IMG/VR virus record: IMGVR_UViG_3300013212_000088
Coordinates: 1 to 64,000 of that record
Reading direction: 5' to 3' (one strand)
Origin: a virus
Taxonomy: Duplodnaviria; Caudoviricetes
Length of the DNA: 64,000 nucleotides
Both the position numbers and the translations under genes were made by a program. Shown one piece after another: positions 1 to 8,732 of the stretch (within the stretch, counting starts at the first letter, position 1; each line of letters opens with the position of its first letter). Below the pieces are notes generated by a model. It was not told where the DNA came from, ran no database searches, and saw only the letters and a list, made by a program, of their open reading frames with translations.

Positions 1-927
1 AGCTGTACCTGCAGATCCTGCTGTTACTGAAGTACCAGCACTACCAGCATTAGTTGCTGTGCCAGCTGTTCCAGCTGATGTGGCTGTGGTGGCTGATCCT
101 GCGCTTCCAGCATTAGTTGCTGTACCAGCAGATCCTGCTGTTACTGAAGTTCCAGCACTACCTGCATTAGTTGCTGTACCAGCTGTTCCAGCTGATGTGG
201 CTGTGGTGGCTGATCCTGCGCTTCCAGCATTAGTAGCTGTACCAGCAGATCCTGCTGTTACTGAAGTTCCAGCACTACCTGCATTAGTTGCTGTACCAGC
301 TGTTCCAGCTGAAGTAGCAGTGGTGGCTGATCCTGCGCTTCCAGCATTTACTGCTGTACCTGCTGTACCAGCAGAAGTAGCAGTTGTGGCTGCGCCTGCA
401 AAACCTGCATTTGTTGCTGTACCAGCAGATCCTGCTGTTACTGAAGTTCCTGCAGATCCGGCGTTTGTTGCTGTACCCGCTGTACCAGCGGATACTGAAG
501 TACCAGCGCTTCCAGCTGTTAAAGATGTTCCAGCACTACCAGAAGTTGTTGCGGAGGTTGCAGTACCAGTAAGATTTCCTACAAACCCACCACTAGCGTA
601 TGCCTGACCAATTACACTTAATTTATATGCTGGGTTTGTAGTGCCAATTCCGACAAAACCAGAAAATTCAGCAATTCCAACAGTTCCATCTGCATGTACT
701 CTAAAAGATGGAATACCAGATATATCATTAATAGAAAAGATATATCCAGAAGATAAATTATTATTTACCGAGAATAGTTGTCCAGATGATCCTTCAAATG
801 ATATGGTGTTATCATCAAGAACATATAGTGTAATAGGGGCATTAGTAGACCCTGTGAATGCTATTCTTGGTAGAGAGGTTGTATCTCTATTGGGTGTGAT
901 ACGAATATTCTTATCGGAATTGGCCAT
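1..927 (-). CDS. Fibre/adhesin-like virion protein, 5' part only (runs off left edge; not in ORF track)
   Basis: ATG at 927 (minus) translates MANSDKNIRITPNRDTTSLPRIAFTGSTNAPITIYVLDDNTISFEGSSGQLFS..., paralogous to the N-terminus of 15872..20680, followed by Ser/Ala/Gly/Thr repeats to the window edge. Confidence 0.85.
   Translation of the reverse strand, partial: MANSDKNIRITPNRDTTSLPRIAFTGSTNAPITLYVLDDNTISFEGSSGQLFSVNNNLSSGYIFSINDISGIPSFRVHADGTVGIAEFSGFVGIGTTNPAYKLSVIGQAYASGGFVGNLTGTATSATTSGSAGTSLTAGSAGTSVSAGTAGTATNAGSAGTSVTAGSAGTATNAGFAGAATTATSAGTAGTAVNAGSAGSATTATSAGTAGTATNAGSAGTSVTAGSAGTATNAGSAGSATTATSAGTAGTATNAGSAGTSVTAGSAGTATNAGSAGSATTATSAGTAGTATNAGSAGTSVTAGSAGTA
14..364 (-). repeat. Coding tandem repeat, 117-bp (39-aa) unit, 3 copies, degenerate continuation to ~560
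   Basis: GATCCTGCTGTTACTGAAG recurs at 14, 131 and 248 (period 117); encodes ATNAGSAGTSVTAGSAGT-ATNAGSAGSATTATSAGTAGT. Confidence 0.9.
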
Positions 928-994
928 TTTTACGCTCTTTTAAGAGGGGAAGAATATAATTATTCTGCTTAATTATTCAAGCAGATAAGCTTCT

Positions 995-1243
995 TTATCC
1001 TTCTGTTAGAGGTGCAGTCCATTCAGATGTTGCTAAAATCGCTAAAATCTCTTCATGGGTGTATTCTTGTGATTTTGTTGTAAGAGCTGCTACAGATGCT
1101 GGTTGTGTGCCTTCATATTTCACAAATGTTTTTGTTTCATCTACAGACTTTCTCACTGTGTCTGCTGAAGTTTCCATCACTTCTGAAAAACTAACATTTG
1201 CCAACTCGGAACAATCAAAAATTACATACTTTCTTTCATTCAT
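995..1243 (-). CDS. Small charged hypothetical protein (82 aa) at the end of the LamG run; possible assembly factor
   Basis: AGGAG RBS upstream; ORF fills the gap between co-oriented genes. Function is inference only. Confidence 0.75.
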   Translation of the reverse strand: MNERKYVIFDCSELANVSFSEVMETSADTVRKSVDETKTFVKYEGTQPASVAALTTKSQEYTHEEILAILATSEWTAPLTEG

Positions 1244-1266
1244 TTTATTTTTTCTCCTAATTATAT

Positions 1267-1986
1267 TTATAAACCATATCTCACTCTTAATGCATTATAA
1301 TTTTGCTTTATTTCATTATTAGACATATTTCTTGCATACATATAAACACCAGCGATTCTTAAAGTGGCAAATTGTTGTGTAGCATTAGCATTAGAACAAA
1401 TGGTCATTCTAGAAACACTTGCATAATTAAAAGCTGTAGTTATGGATGATGTAGCTTCTTGGATGCCATTCACAAAATATTGAGCAGAAACACCACTGGT
1501 CCATCTTATTGTAATTATTTTAAAATCATCATTTGCTGATTTTAAAACACTTGTTGGGTAAAGACCTCCAGGAGAGACTTTATACCAAAGTCCATATTTA
1601 GATTCATCACAAGAAGCTAAACAGAAATAACTACTATGATCAACATCTGAAACTTCACCAGCGCTACAAGCTAATATTCTTGAACATCCACCAAAGTTAT
1701 TATTACTTATGCTTGACATGACAATAAAAATAGTTGTGTTACTAGCAAAATCTTGATTGAAAGATCCATTTCTTACAAAGTTTTGAGCATTACCAGCAAT
1801 TGTAGTAAAGCATGGTGTATTTTTATGAGTGGTGAAAGATGGTGAATTGGTTAGTGTAAAATTATAGTTATTACCTGAAACATCATACCAAGTATTACCA
1901 GTTCCAGAATAAGATCTACTGTTTGTGGCATCTAAAGCAAGCATTAGGCCTGTAGGATTTATATTTGGGCTTACAATTACTGCCAT
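1267..1986 (-). CDS. LamG/ConA-like lectin-fold protein (1 domain)
   Basis: GLMLALDATN..SYSG.G.TWYD.SG at the N-terminus and MYARN....EIKQNYNA at the C-terminus, typical of LamG_3-like domains. Confidence 0.8.
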   Translation of the reverse strand: MAVIVSPNINPTGLMLALDATNSRSYSGTGNTWYDVSGNNYNFTLTNSPSFTTHKNTPCFTTIAGNAQNFVRNGSFNQDFASNTTIFIVMSSISNNNFGGCSRILACSAGEVSDVDHSSYFCLASCDESKYGLWYKVSPGGLYPTSVLKSANDDFKIITIRWTSGVSAQYFVNGIQEATSSITTAFNYASVSRMTICSNANATQQFATLRIAGVYMYARNMSNNEIKQNYNALRVRYGL

Positions 1987-2630
1987 TAGTATCCAAACCT
2001 CTTTTTTATAGCATTGTAGTTTTGCTTAATTTCATCAGCTGTAAGAAGTCTGTTATAGAACATTAAAAAACTTATTTCAGCAGTAGAAAACTCTGCATTA
2101 CCCAGCCATCCTCCTAAACATATACCGTTGGGGCCTTGAGATCCGCCATTGTTACTTGCTAAAAAAGAACCGTTTCTGTATATTGTCCAAGTATCGGTGC
2201 TATAATTCTCTACTGCAACGGGAATTATCCAATCTGTAATATTGCCACTTCCGTCTGGTGGTATTATCCAGCCTTCTGCATAATATTTTGTAGTTTGTGC
2301 ACTCCAATGTCCTAGTAACCAGTCATTGGCAATTGAGGAAATTATTCTTCCACGAGTTGCTCCAGAGTATCTTGCAGCACCCATAACTGTATGATTTGTA
2401 AATCTTTGATCGAATGGAGACAATACTATATAATCGTTTGTTCCATCTGTTTGCATTACTCCACCATTATTTGTACTATATGCCACTCCATTTACAAGAG
2501 TCATATGGTTATTGTTGCCTGATAAGTCATACCAAGTGTTACCAGTTCCAGAATAAGATCTTGGATTTGCAGCGTCAACATATACAATTAATCCATCTGT
2601 TACTAGTGAGGTGTTATATGCTATTCCCAT
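1986..2630 (-). CDS. LamG/ConA-like protein (1 domain)
   Basis: GLIVYVDAAN..SYSG ... FYNRLLTADEIKQNYNA; TAATG stop/start overlap. Confidence 0.85.
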   Translation of the reverse strand: MGIAYNTSLVTDGLIVYVDAANPRSYSGTGNTWYDLSGNNNHMTLVNGVAYSTNNGGVMQTDGTNDYIVLSPFDQRFTNHTVMGAARYSGATRGRIISSIANDWLLGHWSAQTTKYYAEGWIIPPDGSGNITDWIIPVAVENYSTDTWTIYRNGSFLASNNGGSQGPNGICLGGWLGNAEFSTAEISFLMFYNRLLTADEIKQNYNAIKKRFGY

Positions 2631-3310
2631 TAGACTCCATACCTCTTTCTTGTGGCATTAAAGTTTTGTCTTACTTCTGTGGCTGATAAAGCACAATTGT
2701 AGATTTGCACTTGGGATATATTGCCATTCATACGTGTAAATCCGTCTTCTCTTGTTCCAATTTTTATTGAGTTTGCAGATTCAACTCTTGTAGCTGTTAA
2801 AGTTCCTGTATTGTTTAACACACCATTATAAAAAATAGACATAGTTGTTGAATTGAGCATAAATGTCAAATAAGTCCAAGTTAAAGGAAAAACTGATGAA
2901 GAATTTATACTAGTCCATCCAGCCACACCTCCTAAATTTACATTTATATAACCATTAGGAAGTGTAAAGAAATCTAAAGGTGCTGGCAAATTACCTGATG
3001 TTCGTGTGACAAAAGCATTATATTGTGAATAATCCTTAATTTTAGTCCATAAACTTATTGTAAAATTTGATGATGTAAATCCTATAGAGCTTGAAAAAAT
3101 ATTTGTGTTTATATAGTCGTTAGTGCCATCAAAGAAAAAAGAACCATTGTCTGAACTACTAAAACCTACTCCATTCACTAATGTTGATCCTGTCCTGCCT
3201 ACAAGACTATTTGCAGTAATACCAGAGCCAGCATATGATCTTGTATTAGCTGCGTCTAGGGCATATATCAATCCACTTGTTACAATTCCTGGTGAGTGTG
3301 ATAGTCCCAT
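2630..3310 (-). CDS. LamG/ConA-like protein (1 domain)
   Basis: GLIYALDAAN ... FDGTNDYI ... IYNCALSATEVRQNFNA. Confidence 0.85.
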   Translation of the reverse strand: MGLSHSPGIVTSGLIYALDAANTRSYAGSGITANSLVGRTGSTLVNGVGFSSSDNGSFFFDGTNDYINTNIFSSSIGFTSSNFTISLWTKIKDYSQYNAFVTRTSGNLPAPLDFFTLPNGYINVNLGGVAGWTSINSSSVFPLTWTYLTFMLNSTTMSIFYNGVLNNTGTLTATRVESANSIKIGTREDGFTRMNGNISQVQIYNCALSATEVRQNFNATRKRYGV

Positions 3311-3955
3311 TTAGATTCCATACCTATCCCTTGTAGCATTGAAATTTTGCTTGATTTCTTGTTGGGTGAGAGCTCTGTTGTAGATTTGGACTTGAGGAAT
3401 AAGACCTTGAAATATTCTTGTGCTAAAATAATCAGCTCTTCCAATTGTAGCTAAAGATCCAGGTGATGTAACGGAAGAAGCTGAAAAAACAAAAACTTCA
3501 TTAACATACAAAGTCCAGACATTTGAATTATATGAAAGGTAAGTATTGTACCAAGTGTTGTTTAAAGCAGTACCAACTTTGTAAAGACTATTACCAGTAT
3601 GTACACCCCAAGTGCTATCATTAATTTCCAATCCACGGTCCCATCCACCATTATCTGAAAGCACTATGCCTCTTCCATTAACGCTAGTAACTTCAGTGCA
3701 ATAAACCCAAGCATTTATAGAAATTGGATCATTATCTATATTTATTGTTGTATTAATTCCGTCATTAGTTCCATCGAATGACCAGCATCCTTTATTTGCA
3801 GAAGAATATCCAGTTCCATTTAATAAAGTTGCGCTAATACCACCAATTAAGTTGGAAGCAGTATCTCCAGATCCAGAATAAGATCTTGAAACAGCAGCGT
3901 CAAGATCAAAAATCAATCCATCTTTGACAATTTTAGGACCAGCTTTTACGCTCAT
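3311..3955 (-). CDS. LamG/ConA-like protein (1 domain)
   Basis: GLIFDLDAA ... FDGTNDGI ... IYNRALTQQEIKQNFNA. Confidence 0.85.
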   Translation of the reverse strand: MSVKAGPKIVKDGLIFDLDAAVSRSYSGSGDTASNLIGGISATLLNGTGYSSANKGCWSFDGTNDGINTTINIDNDPISINAWVYCTEVTSVNGRGIVLSDNGGWDRGLEINDSTWGVHTGNSLYKVGTALNNTWYNTYLSYNSNVWTLYVNEVFVFSASSVTSPGSLATIGRADYFSTRIFQGLIPQVQIYNRALTQQEIKQNFNATRDRYGI

Positions 3956-4617
3956 TAAAGTCCATACCTCTTTTTAGTAGCATTGTAATTTTGCTTGATT
4001 TCTTGAGCAGTTAATGCTCTGTTGTAAAGTTGGGCTTGTGAAATATGACCATTCCAATATTGTCCATTGTCAACTTGTCTACCCAAATAAGTTGTATTAT
4101 TATTTACAGTGTCCCAACTTTTGGCTGCTGATGTAGCTAAAATTCCATTTACATAAAGAAATGCAGTTGTTCCATCAAATACACAAGCAGTGTGGAACCA
4201 AGAATTCAAAGAAACTGCATATCCACTTGATGTCATATCATTAGCCCAAGCTCCACAAAAAGGATCCAAGCCATGAACTCCAATAAAAAATGCTTGATTA
4301 GCACCATTTCTTCCATATGCAAAAGAAGCGTGAGTAGATCCATCATTTAAAGTTATTCTTGACCAGTTCATAATTGTTCTTGAACTGGTAGCATAAATAA
4401 AATTATCATTAGGCAAATTTATATAATCATTTGATCCATTAAAAATAAAGTATCCATTATTAGTTGTTCCGAATCCAACACCATTCACAAGAGTCCCACC
4501 AATACCAACCAATCCATTTGCTGTGAGACCGGAACCAGAATAACTTCTGGTGTTAGCAGCGTCGAGATAAAATATTAATCCATCTGGTACAATTGTAGGA
4601 TTATAACTTAGTCCCAT
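3955..4617 (-). CDS. LamG/ConA-like protein (1 domain)
   Basis: GLIFYLDAAN ... WFHTACVFDG...LYVNG ... LYNRALTAQEIKQNY. Confidence 0.85.
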   Translation of the reverse strand: MGLSYNPTIVPDGLIFYLDAANTRSYSGSGLTANGLVGIGGTLVNGVGFGTTNNGYFIFNGSNDYINLPNDNFIYATSSRTIMNWSRITLNDGSTHASFAYGRNGANQAFFIGVHGLDPFCGAWANDMTSSGYAVSLNSWFHTACVFDGTTAFLYVNGILATSAAKSWDTVNNNTTYLGRQVDNGQYWNGHISQAQLYNRALTAQEIKQNYNATKKRYGL

Positions 4618-4619
4618 GA

Positions 4620-5978
4620 TTAAATGTTGTACCTCGTTCTGTAATAATCAAAGTTTTGCTTCACTTCATATGCAGACAATCCACGGTTGTAAAATTTTGT
4701 TAGATAATTATTTCCACCAAAATATTCACCTCCTAAATTAGATCTTTGACCAATTGTAAAGTTAGTTCCAGATATTGAAGGTAAAGAGCCGTTATTATTT
4801 GTTGCTACTGAAGTACCATTTATGTACATTGTTTGAGTAGTGCCATTTAATGTAAAAATAATATGATATATATTATTAATTGGATAGTTTGATATTGAGG
4901 ATGAAATATAAGTTACGCCTGATGTATAGCAAGCTCCAATAATTGCAGATTGCCAAATTTCTAATGTATATCCGTCATTTCCAAGAGCATAATTCCATTT
5001 TTGAGCAAATATCTGGTTGTTTGTGGTAGTGTACTTAACAATAACTTCAAGAGTCATTCCTGTAAAAGTATTTAATAAACTATTATCTGCAATCAATATA
5101 TGGTCATTAGTTCTATCAAATACAAGACTTGATGTAGATCCTATCCCTAAATATGTAGGACCATTTGTAAGAGTTCCATTTAAATTATTACCAGATAAAT
5201 CGTACCAAGTATTACCTGCTCCTGAATATGAAGCTGTATTTGCAGCATCTAATTCTAATACTAAACCATTACGAACAGGAGGAAGAGCATTTACAAATCT
5301 ATTCTTTGTGGCATTAAAATTTTGAGATATTTCAGATGCAGATAGGGCACGGTTATATAAAGAAGCTTGATAAATATTTCCATTAAAATATCTTTCGTAA
5401 CCAGGGTATCCCCATCTACCTAAAACTAAATTGCGATTGCCAGAACCAAAATATGATGGATCTGTAGTATATGCAACAGTTGAAGCAAGTACTCCATCAA
5501 TATATAATTTTGCATTTACCCCATCATAAGTGTAGACAGCATTAACAATCTTATTAGCTGGTGCGCTTGCTGAAATAATCTCACTCGGAGAAGTTTGAAA
5601 AAACAAGACAGTATTTGTTGTCCATCTATATAGCATTGCATATGACATAAAATATTGAGGGCCTGATGCTAAAATTGTTCCACCATAAACATCATTATGA
5701 GATGGTGCGCCTGTAGCTTTGAACCATACTGACACAGTTAATCTATTAGGTTCAATTGGATAAAACTCTTGATATGTTGTGCTTCCATTATAAACAAGAG
5801 ATCTTGTTTCGGTATTATCTATAGGGTTTGAAGTGAATCCTACAAACGTGCCACCAATGGAAGGGTTCACTAAATTATATATAGTGTTTCCTGACCCTGA
5901 ATAGCAACGGGGATTGTTTGGATCAATATGAAAAATTAATCCATCAACAACTATAGAAGGTGAATGTCCAAGGCCCAT
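4620..5978 (-). CDS. LamG/ConA-like protein (2 domains)
   Basis: Two copies of the GL..LD.N / YNR.L...E..QN frame. Confidence 0.85.
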   Translation of the reverse strand: MGLGHSPSIVVDGLIFHIDPNNPRCYSGSGNTIYNLVNPSIGGTFVGFTSNPIDNTETRSLVYNGSTTYQEFYPIEPNRLTVSVWFKATGAPSHNDVYGGTILASGPQYFMSYAMLYRWTTNTVLFFQTSPSEIISASAPANKIVNAVYTYDGVNAKLYIDGVLASTVAYTTDPSYFGSGNRNLVLGRWGYPGYERYFNGNIYQASLYNRALSASEISQNFNATKNRFVNALPPVRNGLVLELDAANTASYSGAGNTWYDLSGNNLNGTLTNGPTYLGIGSTSSLVFDRTNDHILIADNSLLNTFTGMTLEVIVKYTTTNNQIFAQKWNYALGNDGYTLEIWQSAIIGACYTSGVTYISSSISNYPINNIYHIIFTLNGTTQTMYINGTSVATNNNGSLPSISGTNFTIGQRSNLGGEYFGGNNYLTKFYNRGLSAYEVKQNFDYYRTRYNI

Positions 5979-5980
5979 GA

Positions 5981-6262
5981 TTAAATGTTATACCGCCCAC
6001 GTAATGCATTATAATTTTGTTCTATTTCTGTTGCTGTCAAAACTTTATTATATATTTTTAGATTGTATATATTAATTCTAGTGTTTTGACCCAGATTTGA
6101 ATGTCTACATGCTAAGTTAATATTTAGAGAAGTTGATACAATAGATGCATTAACTAAATTATAGAAAGTATTACCAGATCCGGAATAACTTGCACTATTA
6201 GCAGCATCCAAGTAAAACACCAATCCATCAGATGCAGAGGGTGGTCCAGAATAAGTACCCAT
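5981..6262 (-). CDS. Internally deleted mini-LamG (93 aa): conserved N- and C-terminal motifs without the ~120-aa core; possibly a pseudogene
   Basis: GLVFYLDAANSASYSGSGNTFYNLVN joined in frame to IYNLKIYNKVLTATEIEQNYNALRGRYNI. Confidence 0.7.
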   Translation of the reverse strand: MGTYSGPPSASDGLVFYLDAANSASYSGSGNTFYNLVNASIVSTSLNINLACRHSNLGQNTRINIYNLKIYNKVLTATEIEQNYNALRGRYNI

Positions 6263-7656
6263 TACACACCATACCTTCCTCTGTTAGATTGATATATGTG
6301 AAATAGTTCTGATGGTGATAAAACACGATTATAAAGCATGAAAGAATAAACTCTGCCTTTATAATTGTATGCTTGATCTAAAGAATATCCAATTCTTGTA
6401 TTTGACATTTGAACAGAACTTTGGCTAGATGTCTTATATTGCAAAACTGCATTTTGATATAGCTTCCATTCGGTGCTACTAGAAGTTACGCTTACCATAT
6501 GAATATTAGTTCTAGTAACTGTCGGGCTTAACGTAATAGGCCCAATCCTTCCAAATCTTAACGTACTCAAATAAGCAAATCCATCTACCCAAGGATAGTG
6601 ATCATTTTGTGTTCCATTGCCAAATCCAATAAAGCCAGTATATGTGGTAGTTGAAGGTGTCGCTTCATCATTTTTAAGCCATATGACCATTGTAGCATTT
6701 GTAGTAAAAAGAGCAGTATCAACAGTAGAAGCAATAAAATCATTCGTTCCATCTAATGTAAAATAAGAAGAACTACCAACACTAGTATATGTTGGACTAT
6801 TAGTTAAAACACCTGTATTCTTGTTACTTGTAAGATCGGCAACAACTGTACCTGAACCTTGATAAGAAACTACGTTACCAGCATCATAATAAAGCACTAA
6901 TCCATCTGTAAAAATTGGATTTGCAAATGTATATCTTGTTTTATTTGCATCATAATTTTGCTTTACTTCATCAGGTGTTAAAGCTTTATTATAGATTCTT
7001 ACAATTGAGCTATCTACTTTACTGTAATAATAGTTTAAAGCTGAATTTGCTATTCTTATGTTCCTTCCTGATATATTATTGACAGAAGTAGTAACTGCCA
7101 TTCCTGTAGGTGATGAAGTTCCAATCATCGCCCCATTCATGTATACAGACAAACCAGCACCAGATCTAATTCCTACTAATTGATTCCATAGATAGAGTGT
7201 AGGGGTGTTAGAAATTGCCATAAGATAACTTGTAGACCCACTTTCTATAGCAAATAAAACTGATTCACCTGTACCTGAAATACCGTTACCAATATCAAGA
7301 CCCCACTCATTTGTTCCCGCACTTCCACCAGTGTTCCATTTATTAATTCCCCATATATGAGCTAATCCAGAAGTGGTGGCATTTTTTCTAAACCAATACT
7401 CTACAGAAAAATTATTAGTACCAAAATCAAAAATAGAATTATCAAGTATTTCTATATAGTCATTCGTACCATCACAACTAATAAAACCACCTGAATTACT
7501 AGAATAAGAGGGGCCATTGACAAGAGTTCCATGATTAGCTCTACCAGTAATGTCAAGCCAAGTATTTCCAGAACCAGAATATGATTTTGGATTTGCAGCA
7601 TCTAAACATAAAATTAAATTAGATGTTACTATAGAAGGTGAATGTGAAAGTCCCAT
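6262..7656 (-). CDS. LamG/ConA-like protein (2 domains)
   Basis: Two LamG frames (NLILCLDAAN...IYNKALT; GLVLYYDAGN...LYNRVLS). Confidence 0.85.
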   Translation of the reverse strand: MGLSHSPSIVTSNLILCLDAANPKSYSGSGNTWLDITGRANHGTLVNGPSYSSNSGGFISCDGTNDYIEILDNSIFDFGTNNFSVEYWFRKNATTSGLAHIWGINKWNTGGSAGTNEWGLDIGNGISGTGESVLFAIESGSTSYLMAISNTPTLYLWNQLVGIRSGAGLSVYMNGAMIGTSSPTGMAVTTSVNNISGRNIRIANSALNYYYSKVDSSIVRIYNKALTPDEVKQNYDANKTRYTFANPIFTDGLVLYYDAGNVVSYQGSGTVVADLTSNKNTGVLTNSPTYTSVGSSSYFTLDGTNDFIASTVDTALFTTNATMVIWLKNDEATPSTTTYTGFIGFGNGTQNDHYPWVDGFAYLSTLRFGRIGPITLSPTVTRTNIHMVSVTSSSTEWKLYQNAVLQYKTSSQSSVQMSNTRIGYSLDQAYNYKGRVYSFMLYNRVLSPSELFHIYQSNRGRYGV

Positions 7657-8732
7657 TAAGGTTTAGCATTTGTAGACACTAGATATTTTGATCCAGTGTA
7701 AGGTGCTCCTCCGTCATCAAAACCTGAAATTAAACCTGTGGAAGATAGGCTTTGTAATGATAAAAATCCCAAGGGTGTATAGTTTCCGTTTGGCTCACTA
7801 TATGTAGTATCTCTAATCCACCATCTACCACCATCTGGTACTCTCCACCCTGTCGCACCAGATCCATAATAAGTTGGATCTCGCATAATTTGAGAAGTGT
7901 AATTAGAAGCTATTGTGTTATAAATTGCACCACAGTGATTCATGTAAGTGAACCATGAAACACCTAACACATTTTGAGTGAATTCATAAACAGCCTTCCA
8001 ATGTGCTTGAGATCTAGGATAAATTAAATCTAAACCCAAAATAGTGCCAGAATTTGTTTGTGTAGCAGAATTGACTGTGATTCCATTATTGATTACATAA
8101 AAATCATATCCACCGCCATCATTAGTCATATTAACATACATATATAACGTATTCGGCATATTTGTATTTTTGATATAATAATAACCAGAAGGCAAATCAG
8201 GACTTTGTTGTTTTAATGCATAACCACTTTTAGCAGGATTACCAACAGTACCAAGAGTTACATATGTAGGACCAGATTCAAACCTGCCTCTTAATGCTGC
8301 ATAGTTTACTCTAACTTCATTTGCTGACAATATTCTGTTATATATGCCAGCTGAAGAAATAGTAACTGAAGGCTTTATCTGATAATTTAAAACAGTAGGG
8401 GCCATATTAGAAGCACCAGAAATGATCAAATTTGTGATGTCTTCTACATATCCTGAAGAAAAAACCTCATTTGGTATGTCTAATCTATAATAACCTGGCA
8501 AATTAGTAGAATCCAACTCTACAAAACCACCAGAAAACCAAGGATCTCCAGCACTTATAGATCTTAAAGTTATGCCTACACCAGCGTTATCTCTGCGACA
8601 ATAATAAGCCTTAAAACCTGCTGAAGAAAATCCCAGCCCAGTTAAAGGTTGATTATTTAAAGTATCATTTCTCTGAATATATATGTATTCAGAATAATTA
8701 ACTTCATTTATAGGCACAACCTTAGTTATCAT
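7656..8732 (-). CDS. Chimeric virion-like protein: GLTGL-type module + LamG C-terminal stub + fibrinogen-C-like domain
   Basis: N-terminal PLTGLGFSSAGFKAYY...PGYYRLDIPN module, then orphan IYNRILSANEVRVNY, then PAKSG...SGYYYIK...YVNMTNDGGG, paralogous to the C-terminus of 12816..14621 (both end STNAKP). Confidence 0.7.
   Translation of the reverse strand: MITKVVPINEVNYSEYIYIQRNDTLNNQPLTGLGFSSAGFKAYYCRRDNAGVGITLRSISAGDPWFSGGFVELDSTNLPGYYRLDIPNEVFSSGYVEDITNLIISGASNMAPTVLNYQIKPSVTISSAGIYNRILSANEVRVNYAALRGRFESGPTYVTLGTVGNPAKSGYALKQQSPDLPSGYYYIKNTNMPNTLYMYVNMTNDGGGYDFYVINNGITVNSATQTNSGTILGLDLIYPRSQAHWKAVYEFTQNVLGVSWFTYMNHCGAIYNTIASNYTSQIMRDPTYYGSGATGWRVPDGGRWWIRDTTYSEPNGNYTPLGFLSLQSLSSTGLISGFDDGGAPYTGSKYLVSTNAKP

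Noticed and set aside
59-607. Plus-strand ORF of Pro/Ala/Val repeats, and similar plus-strand ORFs at 641, 17526, 20124, 30593 and 32978
   Set aside because: Antisense shadows of repetitive minus-strand fibre genes; the sense translation has paralogous domains and start context.
1264-1271. T4-type late promoter TATAAATA on the minus strand before the 82-aa gene
   Set aside because: Single instance overlapping a stop codon in AT-rich DNA; not seen in the other gaps.
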